64,000 nt of DNA, from the NCBI GenBank assembly GCA_963751455.1, contig CAVVUN010000002.1, positions 544,001 to 608,000 of the forward strand. Direction: 5' to 3'. Below are positions 51,583 through 60,670 of this stretch, piece by piece. The notes beneath the pieces were generated by a model. That model ran no database searches. It was given only the letters and a program-made list of their open reading frames with translations, and was not told the DNA's origin. The stretch is from Nitrospirota bacterium. Lineage in GTDB: Bacteria > Nitrospirota > UBA9217. The first letter of the stretch is position 1. Each line of letters begins with the position of its first letter. Position numbers and translations under genes: made by a program.

Positions 51583-51718
51583 GGCGTGCTCCTTTCTTGG
51601 TGCCTCTGTTTACATTATACTCTTTTCCCTGTTATGCTTGCTGCACCTCGTCCATTGCGAAAAAGCAAAACGTCCTTAGATTTGAATTCAACATAAAAAT
51701 TGCCGGCAAAGATAATTT

Positions 51719-51734
51719 TGTGATTCAGATCACA
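51719..51734. promoter_or_regulatory. CRP-type operator
   Basis: TGTGA-TTCAGA-TCACA, intergenic between divergent genes. Confidence 0.7.
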
Positions 51735-51793
51735 GGTGCTGACAAACAAAAGTATTATGTATAGGCTGCTGGAAACATATTTTCGGGAGGCAT

Positions 51794-52462
51794 ATGAAAA
51801 AAATCATTATTGTTGACCGCATCAGGCAACAGCTTGGCTTCGAACTCTATCCGGAGGACGGGGACGTCGAGACAATCACGGCGTATTCGAACGAAGGCGC
51901 GCTAAACATGCACCGGAAACAAAGAGCTGACCTCATTATGACTGAGCTGTACGGGTCCGGCATGAAGGGGCTTCAGCTCTGCTCCACCATCAGAGAGGAT
52001 CCGGATCTTCGAAAGGTTTCGACGATCGTCTTTTGCCGCGACAACGACATTGAACTGACTGAAGGCCTGCAATGCAGGGCCAACGCCGTTATGACGCTGC
52101 CGGTCGACTCCGGCTTTCTCCGCCGCACCGTACAGCAGCTCTTGATGATTCCCGCACGGGCCGATTATCGCGGCTCTTTCATTGCCCGATGCGCACGTCT
52201 GTCGGGCCGCAGTTTTATCGACTGTGAAGTCGAAAATATCAGCGTTACCGGGATGCTGATAGAAGCCGACGCGGTCCTGAAAAAAGGCGATCGGCTCAAC
52301 TGCTCCCTTAAACTTCCTCCTGCCGTATCATTAGAAACGCAGGCAGAGGTGATCAGGACAGTCAAAACGACGGCCGATCAACGCTTATACGGTCTACGAT
52401 TTTCTCATCTCAGTCCGTCTGCCCGGCGCGCCATTGAAACCCTCATTCAGCAGAATCGGTAA
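51794..52462 (+). CDS. Atypical receiver domain plus PilZ domain protein
   Basis: REC-like ADLIMTEL; PilZ RADYR and NISVTG. Confidence 0.85.
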   Translation: MKKIIIVDRIRQQLGFELYPEDGDVETITAYSNEGALNMHRKQRADLIMTELYGSGMKGLQLCSTIREDPDLRKVSTIVFCRDNDIELTEGLQCRANAVMTLPVDSGFLRRTVQQLLMIPARADYRGSFIARCARLSGRSFIDCEVENISVTGMLIEADAVLKKGDRLNCSLKLPPAVSLETQAEVIRTVKTTADQRLYGLRFSHLSPSARRAIETLIQQNR

Positions 52463-52595
52463 GATGCTTGCAAAGCGCCAAGTTTACAAAAAAAACTTCG
52501 GCAAAAAGGGCTAGTCTCAGCAAAACAAGCTTGTTGGATGAAACCAAAATAATTTTTGTTTTGATTAACCGCAAGCGAAATGATACACTCATTGC

Positions 52596-53123
52596 ATGGC
52601 TGACAGCAAATATGAACCAAAGGCGGAAAAGATGGCTGAATCAGGGGCTCAGGACCGGGTAAAGTCGCCTGTGGAATACATCCAGGAGATGCGGGGTTTT
52701 CTTAAGTGCGGCGAGCGAAAGCAGGCGTTCGCCATTATGCTGCACGCGAACCTTCTCTATCCGGACCATCCTATTATTCTGTCGTATTTTGGCTGGCTCC
52801 AGGCGCTTGTTGACAGGAAATATCACAGCGCAGTCACTGCATGTAAAAGAGCTTTCATCGGTTTCAAGCCGGCCGACAGGCATAACGCAAGCACGATTTA
52901 TCCCATCCTCTACCTTAATTTGGGAAGAGCATGCGTTGCCGCCGGAAAGAAGAAAGAAGCGGTTGACAGCTTCGCCAAGGGCTTGAAGTATGATCCGTAT
53001 CATGTCGAGCTCAAGAAGGAAATGCAGCTTCTTGGCATACGAAAAAAAGCTTTCTTGCCTTTTCTCTCCCGGTCCAATCCCCTCAATAAGGTTGTTGGCA
53101 TCCTTCGTTCGCGTTCAGCGTAA
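52596..53123 (+). CDS. TPR-like protein
   Basis: LYLNLGRA..GKKKEA..GLKYDP, LGIRKK..FLSRSNPLN. Confidence 0.75.
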   Translation: MADSKYEPKAEKMAESGAQDRVKSPVEYIQEMRGFLKCGERKQAFAIMLHANLLYPDHPIILSYFGWLQALVDRKYHSAVTACKRAFIGFKPADRHNASTIYPILYLNLGRACVAAGKKKEAVDSFAKGLKYDPYHVELKKEMQLLGIRKKAFLPFLSRSNPLNKVVGILRSRSA

Positions 53124-53454
53124 AACGGAACGCACCTTTTGTCAGATAACTCCATTCCTTTTTTTCCTTTCCGCTCCTGCTCTTTGACTCCTTTCGGACA
53201 TGATGCAGCTGTTTCTCCCTGGATTATTCAAATACCATACGATTAAATATCTGCACAGGACCTGCTGCATCCTTATTTCCTGCTATTGTGCAGGATTGTT
53301 ATTTTTATGGTATTAACTATAATTAAGTACAGACTTATTCGGTGGCGTTGCGCTGCATCTCTTTGTGAGGGCAGCTGTAAAGTACGGTTGCCGAATCCAG
53401 GCTGATGGTGCCCGGTATTACGAGGCACAATAACAGAGCTTACTGGAGCTGTCC

Positions 53455-54636
53455 ATGAGCAAACATCTTATCTTCGTCGGCGCCGGACACGCCCACCTTA
53501 TTGCCCTTGCCCGCTGCGCAGAGTATGTCCGGCGCGGCCACAAAGTCACGGTCATCAATCCCTCTCCATACCATTATTATTCCGGCATGGGGCCCGGCGT
53601 GCTGTCCGGCATCTATCGGCCGCAGGACATCCGCTTCAATATCAGGAAGATGGTTGAAGCCCGGGGCGCACTCTTTATCCGAGATGCCGTTGCTGTCATC
53701 GATGCCGCAAAACGCGTGCTGCGCCTGGAGACCGGACAAGAACTGAAATACGACGTGGCCTCGTTCAATACCGGCAGCGGTGTTCCCCTGGAGGGTTTGA
53801 ATTCCGGAAAGAGTGCATCCGACTCAACCCCTGCCGCAGGGAGCTTCAATTCACGTGCGGCCGCGGTTTTTACAGTCAAGCCGATCATCAATCTCATAAA
53901 GGCCAAAGAATGCATCGCCGGAGCAGTCCTCAAAAAAGAACTGGATGTCATTGTTATAGGCGGCGGTCCCGCAGGCCTGGAAGTCGCATCCAACGCCTGG
54001 CGGCTGGTGTATGACCTCGGAGCTAAAGCGCGCATCACCCTTATCGCGGGACAGCAGCTGCTGCAGGGTTATCCGGAGAAGGCCTTTAGGATTGCCAGGG
54101 CGTCGCTCAAGCGGCGCGGCATAAGGCTTTTGAACGGCATACGAGCCGATGCCATGGACAACGGCATTGTGAAATTAGCCGGCGGCGCAACCATACCGTT
54201 CGACGTCTGTTTTGTTGCCACGGGTGTCACGCCTTGGCCGGTGTTCAAGAAAGCGGGGCTGCCCACAGGACAGAGCGGCGGCCTTCTCGTCAACCGGTAC
54301 CTGCAGAGCGTCTTGCATCCGGAGTTGTTCGGAGGCGGAGACTGTATCGATTTCGAAGGCCGGTCCCTTGCAAAAGTGGGCGTATACGCAGTACGTGAGA
54401 GCCCCGTGCTTTTTCGGAATCTGCTTGCGGCTTTGGAGAACGGCCGGATGCGGGAATTCGTTCCCCAGGGAACGTACATGCTCATCTTTAACCTTGGGGA
54501 CGGGACAGGGCTTGTGCGGCGCGGATCCTGGATCTGGAACGGCAGGCTTGCCTTTACGGTAAAGGACCTCATAGACAGGAAATTTATGCGAACATTTCAG
54601 CTATCCGGCGAACGCGAGGAAACTGCAGACCTATGA
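53455..54636 (+). CDS. FAD-dependent pyridine nucleotide-disulfide oxidoreductase (SelD-N-terminal/NDH-2-like)
   Basis: VGAGHAH, YSGMGPG, IGGGPAGLE, FGGGDC, KVGVYAVR, KDLIDRKFM. Confidence 0.88.
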   Translation: MSKHLIFVGAGHAHLIALARCAEYVRRGHKVTVINPSPYHYYSGMGPGVLSGIYRPQDIRFNIRKMVEARGALFIRDAVAVIDAAKRVLRLETGQELKYDVASFNTGSGVPLEGLNSGKSASDSTPAAGSFNSRAAAVFTVKPIINLIKAKECIAGAVLKKELDVIVIGGGPAGLEVASNAWRLVYDLGAKARITLIAGQQLLQGYPEKAFRIARASLKRRGIRLLNGIRADAMDNGIVKLAGGATIPFDVCFVATGVTPWPVFKKAGLPTGQSGGLLVNRYLQSVLHPELFGGGDCIDFEGRSLAKVGVYAVRESPVLFRNLLAALENGRMREFVPQGTYMLIFNLGDGTGLVRRGSWIWNGRLAFTVKDLIDRKFMRTFQLSGEREETADL

Positions 54637-55472
54637 GCATCATTGATTATTTCAAGCCGGTGCCGGCCATGTCGGCGGAAGAGGTAAGGGAAATCTTGAA
54701 CAGGAAAGATCCGTCCGAGTACAACCTGGTGGACGTGAGGCAGCCTCGGGAATACGAACGGGGACATCTTCCGGGCGCACGGCTGATACCCGTGAGCGAA
54801 CTTCCGACACGCGCCCGCGAACTCGATCCGGACAAAATGACGATTGTCTATTGAGGGTCCGGTGTTCGCAGCCGTGCGGCTGCGTCCATACTTGAAAGCT
54901 CCGGTTATACCAATGTCTACAGCATGGATGGAGGCATCCGCGCCTGGCAAGGCCTTACTGCCGCGGGAGCTCCCGAGGCTGGTATGGCTTATTTCCCGGA
55001 GAACGCCTCCGCGGAGGAGCTCATCGGCCTGGCGTGGCTGCTTGAGGACGGCTCCCTGAGATTTTACAGTGAGCTGTCGAAGCGGGTCCGGGACAGTGAT
55101 GCAGCCGGTCTGTTCCGGCAACTCGGTGTCTCGGAACAGCTACATGTATCCGCCCTTACCAGGCTCTATAAGGAAATAACGGACTCAGACCCGAGCTCCG
55201 ACTTCCCCGGCTCATTACTGCGACCCGGTACCCCTGATGACATCATGGAGGGCGGCGTCAGTGTTCCCGGCGCTCTTGACTGGGCAAAAGGGAGCAGCGT
55301 GACGGATGTTCTGGAGCTCGCGCTTGCCCTGGAGGCCAGCTCCTATGATCTCTATATCAAGATGGAGCGGAGAGCGGGGGATAGTAGGTCAAAGAAGGTT
55401 TTCTCAATCCTTTCCTCCGGAGAGAAGAACCATTTAGACCGCCTGGCTTCGCTGATGGGTAGAAAATATTGA
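54633..55472 (+). CDS. Rhodanese-ferritin/rubrerythrin fusion, probable selenoprotein (Sec74, 279 aa)
   Basis: LVDVRQPREY..GHLPGA; TIVY-TGA(54852-54854)-GSGVRS; in-frame continuation SMDGGIRAW; ferritin-like SEQLH and GEKNH. Confidence 0.85.
54867..54884 (+). promoter_or_regulatory. Candidate bacterial SECIS hairpin
   Basis: cgcagcc-GTGC-ggctgcg, starting 12 nt after the UGA; loop begins with G. Confidence 0.65.
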
Positions 55473-55561
55473 AATAGTGATTTAATTGCAAAATGCAAAT
55501 TGCAAATTGTAAATGTCAAATCGAGACGCTGATAATGCACACTGGTTAATTTGTAATGCAC

Positions 55562-56593
55562 TTACCTGTTTCCCCGCCGTATTCGCAGCACGATCCTACC
55601 GAGGATGTGGCCCTGTTCGAGCCTCTCGTGCGCCTTGGAAGCTTCCCGCAGGGGAAAAACTTCAGAGATCGGAATAATGAGCCTCGCCTTTGCTGCAGCA
55701 TGCTCCAACCGTTCGAATTCTTTTGGACCGGGCTGCGCATCATAAGAGGTCACTTGGATATTCCTGCGTTTCCGGGGTACAGGCCAGACCCCGTTCGGGT
55801 ATGCAATCCGTCCGTCACTGCGCACCAGATCAAGGCAGGCTTCAAGTGTTTCACTGCCGGCCAGAATGAGCGCTGCATCGATCCCGTCCGGCGCAAGCTG
55901 CCCAAGCCGCTCGACCGCATCGCTGCTCCGGGCGTCGAATACGCCGTTCGAACCGAGTTTTAAGACAAGTTCGGCGCCTTGGCTGTCTGACGCAGTTGCA
56001 ATCACCCGCGCGCCATGGCGCTTTGCGAACTGGATGGCGAGCGTTCCCACTGCTCCCGTGGCTCCGAAGATGAGCACAGTTTCACCGCGGCCCACCCGGA
56101 GCGCATCATCGATACCCTGCAGCGCGGTCAAGCCGGTAGTCGCACCCGCACCTGCCTGTTCGAAGTCCAGGCGGCGCGGCATGTTTCCGACGTGCGCCAC
56201 GTCCACGGCAACGTACTCGGCATAGAACCCGCCCTTCGGATTCGCATAATGGTAGGCCCAGACCCGGTCACCGATATCAAATCGCCTTACGCGCGACCCC
56301 CGAAGAGCCACAATGCCTGCCCCATCGGTTCCGGGAACAAGCGGAAACCTCGGCTTGCCTGAAGGTTTCCACGAACCGTCCCTGACCGAAGAATCCCAGG
56401 AGCCCACACCGGCGGCGTGGAGTTCTATCAGCACTTCGGTCGGCCCAGGCAGCGGCACGGACAGCGTATGAAGTCTGATGACCTGAGGGGGTCCGAACTC
56501 TTCCATCGCAGCCGCGTTCATGGCTCCGGGCACCTTGCCGTTCTGTAAAGATGAGGGTTTCGGCCGGATAGTTTTGTGTATTGTCGTTGTCAT
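55562..56593 (-). CDS. NADP-dependent MDR (quinone oxidoreductase-like) protein
   Basis: PLVPGTDGAG, GFYAEY, LTALQG, IFGATGAVG, GRIVL. Confidence 0.9.
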   Translation of the reverse strand: MTTTIHKTIRPKPSSLQNGKVPGAMNAAAMEEFGPPQVIRLHTLSVPLPGPTEVLIELHAAGVGSWDSSVRDGSWKPSGKPRFPLVPGTDGAGIVALRGSRVRRFDIGDRVWAYHYANPKGGFYAEYVAVDVAHVGNMPRRLDFEQAGAGATTGLTALQGIDDALRVGRGETVLIFGATGAVGTLAIQFAKRHGARVIATASDSQGAELVLKLGSNGVFDARSSDAVERLGQLAPDGIDAALILAGSETLEACLDLVRSDGRIAYPNGVWPVPRKRRNIQVTSYDAQPGPKEFERLEHAAAKARLIIPISEVFPLREASKAHERLEQGHILGRIVLRIRRGNR

Positions 56594-56844
56594 AAGGCAC
56601 CTCCATAAAACTATTATGGAAAAGAGCGCGGGAACAGTCAATTTGACAAAAGGATGATGATGAATCGCTCCCTGGCCCAGCTAAAAAACTGTCCCGCTCG
56701 AAATCCGGCATGCCCTGAAAATACCCTTACCGGGGTATTTTCATTTCAAGGGAAACAATATACAGTAGAGAGTATGGCGGGCACCGAGGCGCATGACGCG
56801 GGGATGCAAGCAATAAGCGAAATCTGATTTTAAAAGGAGAAAGA

Positions 56845-57204
56845 ATGAATCGTATTCAATTTATTAACCATAACGGGAAACAAATTCTGCGCTTGGATTT
56901 CACCCATGCAAAAGCGGAGGAGGTGATCGGGATCATTAACCAGGCGAAACCGGTCATAGCCGCCCAGCCGGTTAAATCTATCAGGACACTGACGGATGTC
57001 ACGGATATGTCTTTCAATACGAAGGCCACCGAGGCACTGAAGGAATTCGCGAGCCACAACAAGCCGTTTGTAACCGCCGCAGCTGTGGTCGGCATTACCG
57101 GTCTCAAGCAGATCATCTATAACGCGGTCGTCAAATTCTCCGGCAGGAACCTGGTAGCATTCGATTCCTCCGACCAGGCAAAAGATTGGCTGGCGAGCCA
57201 GTAA
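56845..57204 (+). CDS. Hypothetical protein, STAS/SEC14-like
   Basis: HNGKQIL.LDF, TLTDV, AVVGITG, FDS..QAKDWL; AAGGAG RBS. Confidence 0.7.
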   Translation: MNRIQFINHNGKQILRLDFTHAKAEEVIGIINQAKPVIAAQPVKSIRTLTDVTDMSFNTKATEALKEFASHNKPFVTAAAVVGITGLKQIIYNAVVKFSGRNLVAFDSSDQAKDWLASQ

Positions 57205-57271
57205 ATAAGGTCACGTTCGGAACGGTCTTCAGTTCAATTGCCAGCCCCGTGCACTCTCCGAACCGCAATTT

Positions 57272-57757
57272 TCATGCTGCTTCATCCGATTGCGCACGCT
57301 CACCGGGAGCGGTAACTTCGCTTCGATCAAGCTCCAAATTGCCGTCAATGAACTTCAGGTTGTACTTGAACCGGTCTATTCTCCATTCCCCTTCCTTCCT
57401 GACCAGGTGGATATTATAGCTGCCTACGAAGGTCCTCGTATTGCGGTTTGATTTATTCGGCAAATAATGCCAAGCTGTTCCGTAACAGAAGACATTGGCT
57501 TCGTTCTCCATCATGTCCACAAGAAAGTTCCCAGCCTGGTGGTGCACGGCCTTCAAGGCTTTGAGTCCGCGGTCCCAGTTGTCGACAATTTCCCTGGGCG
57601 TTGTCATCGAAGGCCTGCCTCCACTGACCGATTCCATGTCAAAGAAGACGTTTTGTGTGAACAGCGATTCGACCTCTCGCCAATTTCTGTTGTCGGTGTC
57701 GATGAAGAGCCGGTTTACAGTATCTATAACTCGGTCTTTCTCCGTCGAAGTGTTCAT
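57272..57757 (-). CDS. SnoaL/NTF2-like protein
   Basis: DNRNW..LF, HHQAGN, GSY, GEWRI. Confidence 0.85.
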   Translation of the reverse strand: MNTSTEKDRVIDTVNRLFIDTDNRNWREVESLFTQNVFFDMESVSGGRPSMTTPREIVDNWDRGLKALKAVHHQAGNFLVDMMENEANVFCYGTAWHYLPNKSNRNTRTFVGSYNIHLVRKEGEWRIDRFKYNLKFIDGNLELDRSEVTAPGERAQSDEAA

Positions 57758-57807
57758 GCCTGGCCTCCGTACTCTTTTCTGGTTTAAGCAGTAAACAGGT
57801 AAATATC

Positions 57808-58113
57808 TTATGCAGCCTTCCTTCGCCTGCCGTAGAGATCCCGCAGCGCGTCCTTTGCCGATTCCAGCAGGCTGCGGTCCGTCCTGGAAAGCTGCTTTCC
57901 CGCCCGGTTTATATAGAAGGTCAGCATCGACATTGCGGAACGGTACGGATCGCTCTTGCGGTGAGTGCTTCGCTCCGCGGATTTTTTAAGGGAGCGGGCT
58001 ATGCTGCGAGGATCTTTTTTTGAAAACACGCCGGATTCCAGCTCGAGTGCATGGCTCTTTTCGGTCACGCGCCGTGACCACTGTTTACGCTGAGGGGTGC
58101 GGGAGGAAACCAT
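57808..58113 (-). CDS. DUF3175-like protein
   Basis: WS..VTEKSHALELE.GVF, SAMSMLTFYINRAG. Confidence 0.85.
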   Translation of the reverse strand: MVSSRTPQRKQWSRRVTEKSHALELESGVFSKKDPRSIARSLKKSAERSTHRKSDPYRSAMSMLTFYINRAGKQLSRTDRSLLESAKDALRDLYGRRRKAA

Positions 58114-58288
58114 AGGACACCTCCTGACAGATCTGAAAGATCAAGGGTTGGTACGAGCGACAAAAGAGAATGAGGTGTTGTTCATTCAGACGTTTTATCT
58201 TAATGTCGCTTTGTTTAATTTTAGCAGACCAGCGCAGCTTCATTCTATGGTTGGAAAGAGAAGCGGGGTTATGATTCAATGGAAGAAA

Positions 58289-59110
58289 TTACGCTACGCC
58301 GGGTTTCACGTTTTTCAGCATAAACACGAAGGAACCGATCCTGATCGTGCTCTTCATGAGTACGGGGATCTTCCGGCTGTCGTCAGTGAGCCAGATGAAG
58401 ACTTCGCCTTTGTTCTGGAAGGCGCCTTCGTAGAGAGGGCGCGTCTTGACCTTAATGGTGGAAAATTCTCCTGCAGGCGTTTTTACTTTCTCTCTACCGA
58501 GCGTATGGACCTCGATGGACCAGTTCTTTCCGCTGTCATAGACATCTATGGCAAATACTTTTCCTATTGTGAAGTCGGTCTTCGTTCGGAGATAGTAAAG
58601 CGAGGCGAGACCGTCCTGGACGCGTGCGGGTACGGACCAGGTCTCGGGAGTTCCCTGGCCGAGCCTGCATACCACAGTATTCTGCGATCGGTCGAAGACC
58701 GCGCTCCGATATCTCTTTTTCTTGCCAAAGCTCTCGGCGATGTCAAAGGACAGGCTTTGCATGATCTCCGGGTCGAATATGCTCCTAACCGTATCATTCA
58801 CCGGGAAAACCTTGTTGAGCAGGCCCCTTGACCTGCCGGTCAGGATAAAGGCAAGGACTTGCTTTCCTTTGGGAAGCGTTTCCTGCCTGACTTCCATCAC
58901 TGCGGTTCCTGCTCTCAGCATGTTGGACCAGCTGACGTCATAGGCGAGCATCTCTCCCGGCAGGAGGGCCTGTGACAGCCTTGTTTGCCGTGGTTCCTGG
59001 TTTTCGAAGCTATAAAGACGGGGAACGAATACAAGTCCGAAAATAAGAGTGCAAACAACTGCCGAGGTTGAAATAACCCTGCGGGATTCGTTTCGGAATG
59101 ACTGGAACAT
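58289..59110 (-). CDS. DUF3108-like exported protein
   Basis: GEMLAYDVSW, QDGLASLYYLR, EKVKTPAGEF, IWLTDD.RKIPV. Confidence 0.82.
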   Translation of the reverse strand: MFQSFRNESRRVISTSAVVCTLIFGLVFVPRLYSFENQEPRQTRLSQALLPGEMLAYDVSWSNMLRAGTAVMEVRQETLPKGKQVLAFILTGRSRGLLNKVFPVNDTVRSIFDPEIMQSLSFDIAESFGKKKRYRSAVFDRSQNTVVCRLGQGTPETWSVPARVQDGLASLYYLRTKTDFTIGKVFAIDVYDSGKNWSIEVHTLGREKVKTPAGEFSTIKVKTRPLYEGAFQNKGEVFIWLTDDSRKIPVLMKSTIRIGSFVFMLKNVKPGVA

Positions 59111-59211
59111 GGGACAAACTACCAGACCCAGGTCCCTGAAGTCAAATATTTGTACATTCAAGGTATTCGAACGTAAAGAAAATCGTGTACTCGCCGATTA
59201 TTTACATATTT

Positions 59212-59227
59212 TGTGAACCGGGTCACA
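59212..59227. promoter_or_regulatory. CRP-type operator
   Basis: TGTGA-ACCGGG-TCACA, intergenic; TACAAT/TAGTAT -10 candidates at 59263-59273. Confidence 0.7.
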
Positions 59228-59301
59228 GACCGGGCATTCCTGTTCTGTTATCGTTTGCTTAATACAATAGTATGTCCAAATAGAGAATAGGGCGCTTAAT
59301 T

Positions 59302-60342
59302 ATGGGAAAGTCTTATAAAATGACTGCAGCAGGCCTCAAAAGGGCTTTTATTCCGATTATGGCGGCGGCGTTTCTTGCCGCGATTTCGAATCAAGCGGCT
59401 GCGGTATCGCATTATGACCCGATAACCGAAGCCGAAGTTCTCTCTTCGCAAGCCTTTAATGCGTCGCCGTCCCCGGAACAACCATCAAGGAGAGAAGGCG
59501 TTCACCTGCCGATCATCCTGAATGACAGCGTTGAAGCGTATATTGAACACTTCACAGCCGAAAAAAAGACGTTTCAAGCAGGGTTAAACAATTCGATGCC
59601 ATATCTTCCCCTGATGAAAAAAATATTCAGGGAAGAAAACCTTCCCGAAGAGCTCGTTTACGTAGTAATGATCGAAAGCTGGTTTAATCCGACAGCTGTA
59701 TCCCGTGCGAGCGCCGTAGGGCTCTGGCAGTTTATGGCCGGCACAGCACGCGAGTACGGTCTCCGAAACGACCAATGGATCGATGAACGGAGGGACCATG
59801 TTAAAGCGACCAGAGCTGCTGCGCGGTACTTCAGGGCGCTTCATTCGCGGCTGCGTTCATGGACGCTCGCCATGGCTGCCTACAACGCGGGAATGGGCAA
59901 ACTGCGGCAAGCGATATTCGGTACCGGGTCCGAAGACTTCTGGGACTTGAAACAGTCGGCATATTTGAGAAAGGAAACGAAAAGCTTTGTGCCTAAAATC
60001 ATGGCTGCCGCGATAATCGCCAGAGACCCGGCTGCCTATGGATTCCGGATTTCCGCCCGCCAGCCGCTTCGTTTCGATGTCGTAGAGATCCGAACAAGCA
60101 CGGATCTCCGGAACGTGGCAAAGGAGATCAAGACTCCTTTAGCCACGATCAAATCACTGAACCCCGAGATCAAGGGCAGCTTTACGCCTCCGCGCAGATA
60201 TTTGCTAAAGGTTCCTGAGGGGAAAAGAAAAATATTTATCGCAAAGAGGGGCGGCTCTGGAAGGGATGTGTATAATGCCGGCCGCACTGCTGTTTCTTCA
60301 GGCGTCAGTGCGCGTCTCGGTCCGAATTTGCCGGAAAGTTAG
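59302..60342 (+). CDS. MltD-like lytic transglycosylase
   Basis: IES, AVGLWQFM, DERRD, AAYNAG, ETKSFVPK, LNPE. Confidence 0.9.
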   Translation: MGKSYKMTAAGLKRAFIPIMAAAFLAAISNQAAAVSHYDPITEAEVLSSQAFNASPSPEQPSRREGVHLPIILNDSVEAYIEHFTAEKKTFQAGLNNSMPYLPLMKKIFREENLPEELVYVVMIESWFNPTAVSRASAVGLWQFMAGTAREYGLRNDQWIDERRDHVKATRAAARYFRALHSRLRSWTLAMAAYNAGMGKLRQAIFGTGSEDFWDLKQSAYLRKETKSFVPKIMAAAIIARDPAAYGFRISARQPLRFDVVEIRTSTDLRNVAKEIKTPLATIKSLNPEIKGSFTPPRRYLLKVPEGKRKIFIAKRGGSGRDVYNAGRTAVSSGVSARLGPNLPES

Positions 60343-60670
60343 GTCTATTTCGGATACGTAAGATAACGCCAATGAAGTTCACGATCCTTTTCGTGCAGTC
60401 CACTCACACTGCCGTGCAAGCATGCCACAGTGTTTTTCGGTCTTTCTGATATATAAGGCCACCCTCAGCACCCACGCTTCGCTGTGCTGTTTGGTTTATT
60501 TTTTTGATCATTTTTTTCACACATGACAAAGCACGGTCAGTGTTCGCGAACCGCAGGGCGCTTTTGGAACTGCAAGTGCTGACCAAGAATCGTGAACATG
60601 TGACATGAAGTTCCGGTCCTTTTCTTCAGTCGACGCCTTTAGAACGCATTCCGCAATCCGCAATCCGCAA

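Noticed and set aside
53337-53430. Fluoride or SAM-I riboswitch
   Set aside because: Only fragments (gctgatg, cggcaacc) match; core consensus and spacing are absent
54633-55472. Two separate ORFs (73 aa and 182 aa) as given in the ORF track
   Set aside because: Same frame, TGA at the catalytic residue, continuous rhodanese motifs and a SECIS-like hairpin favour one recoded gene
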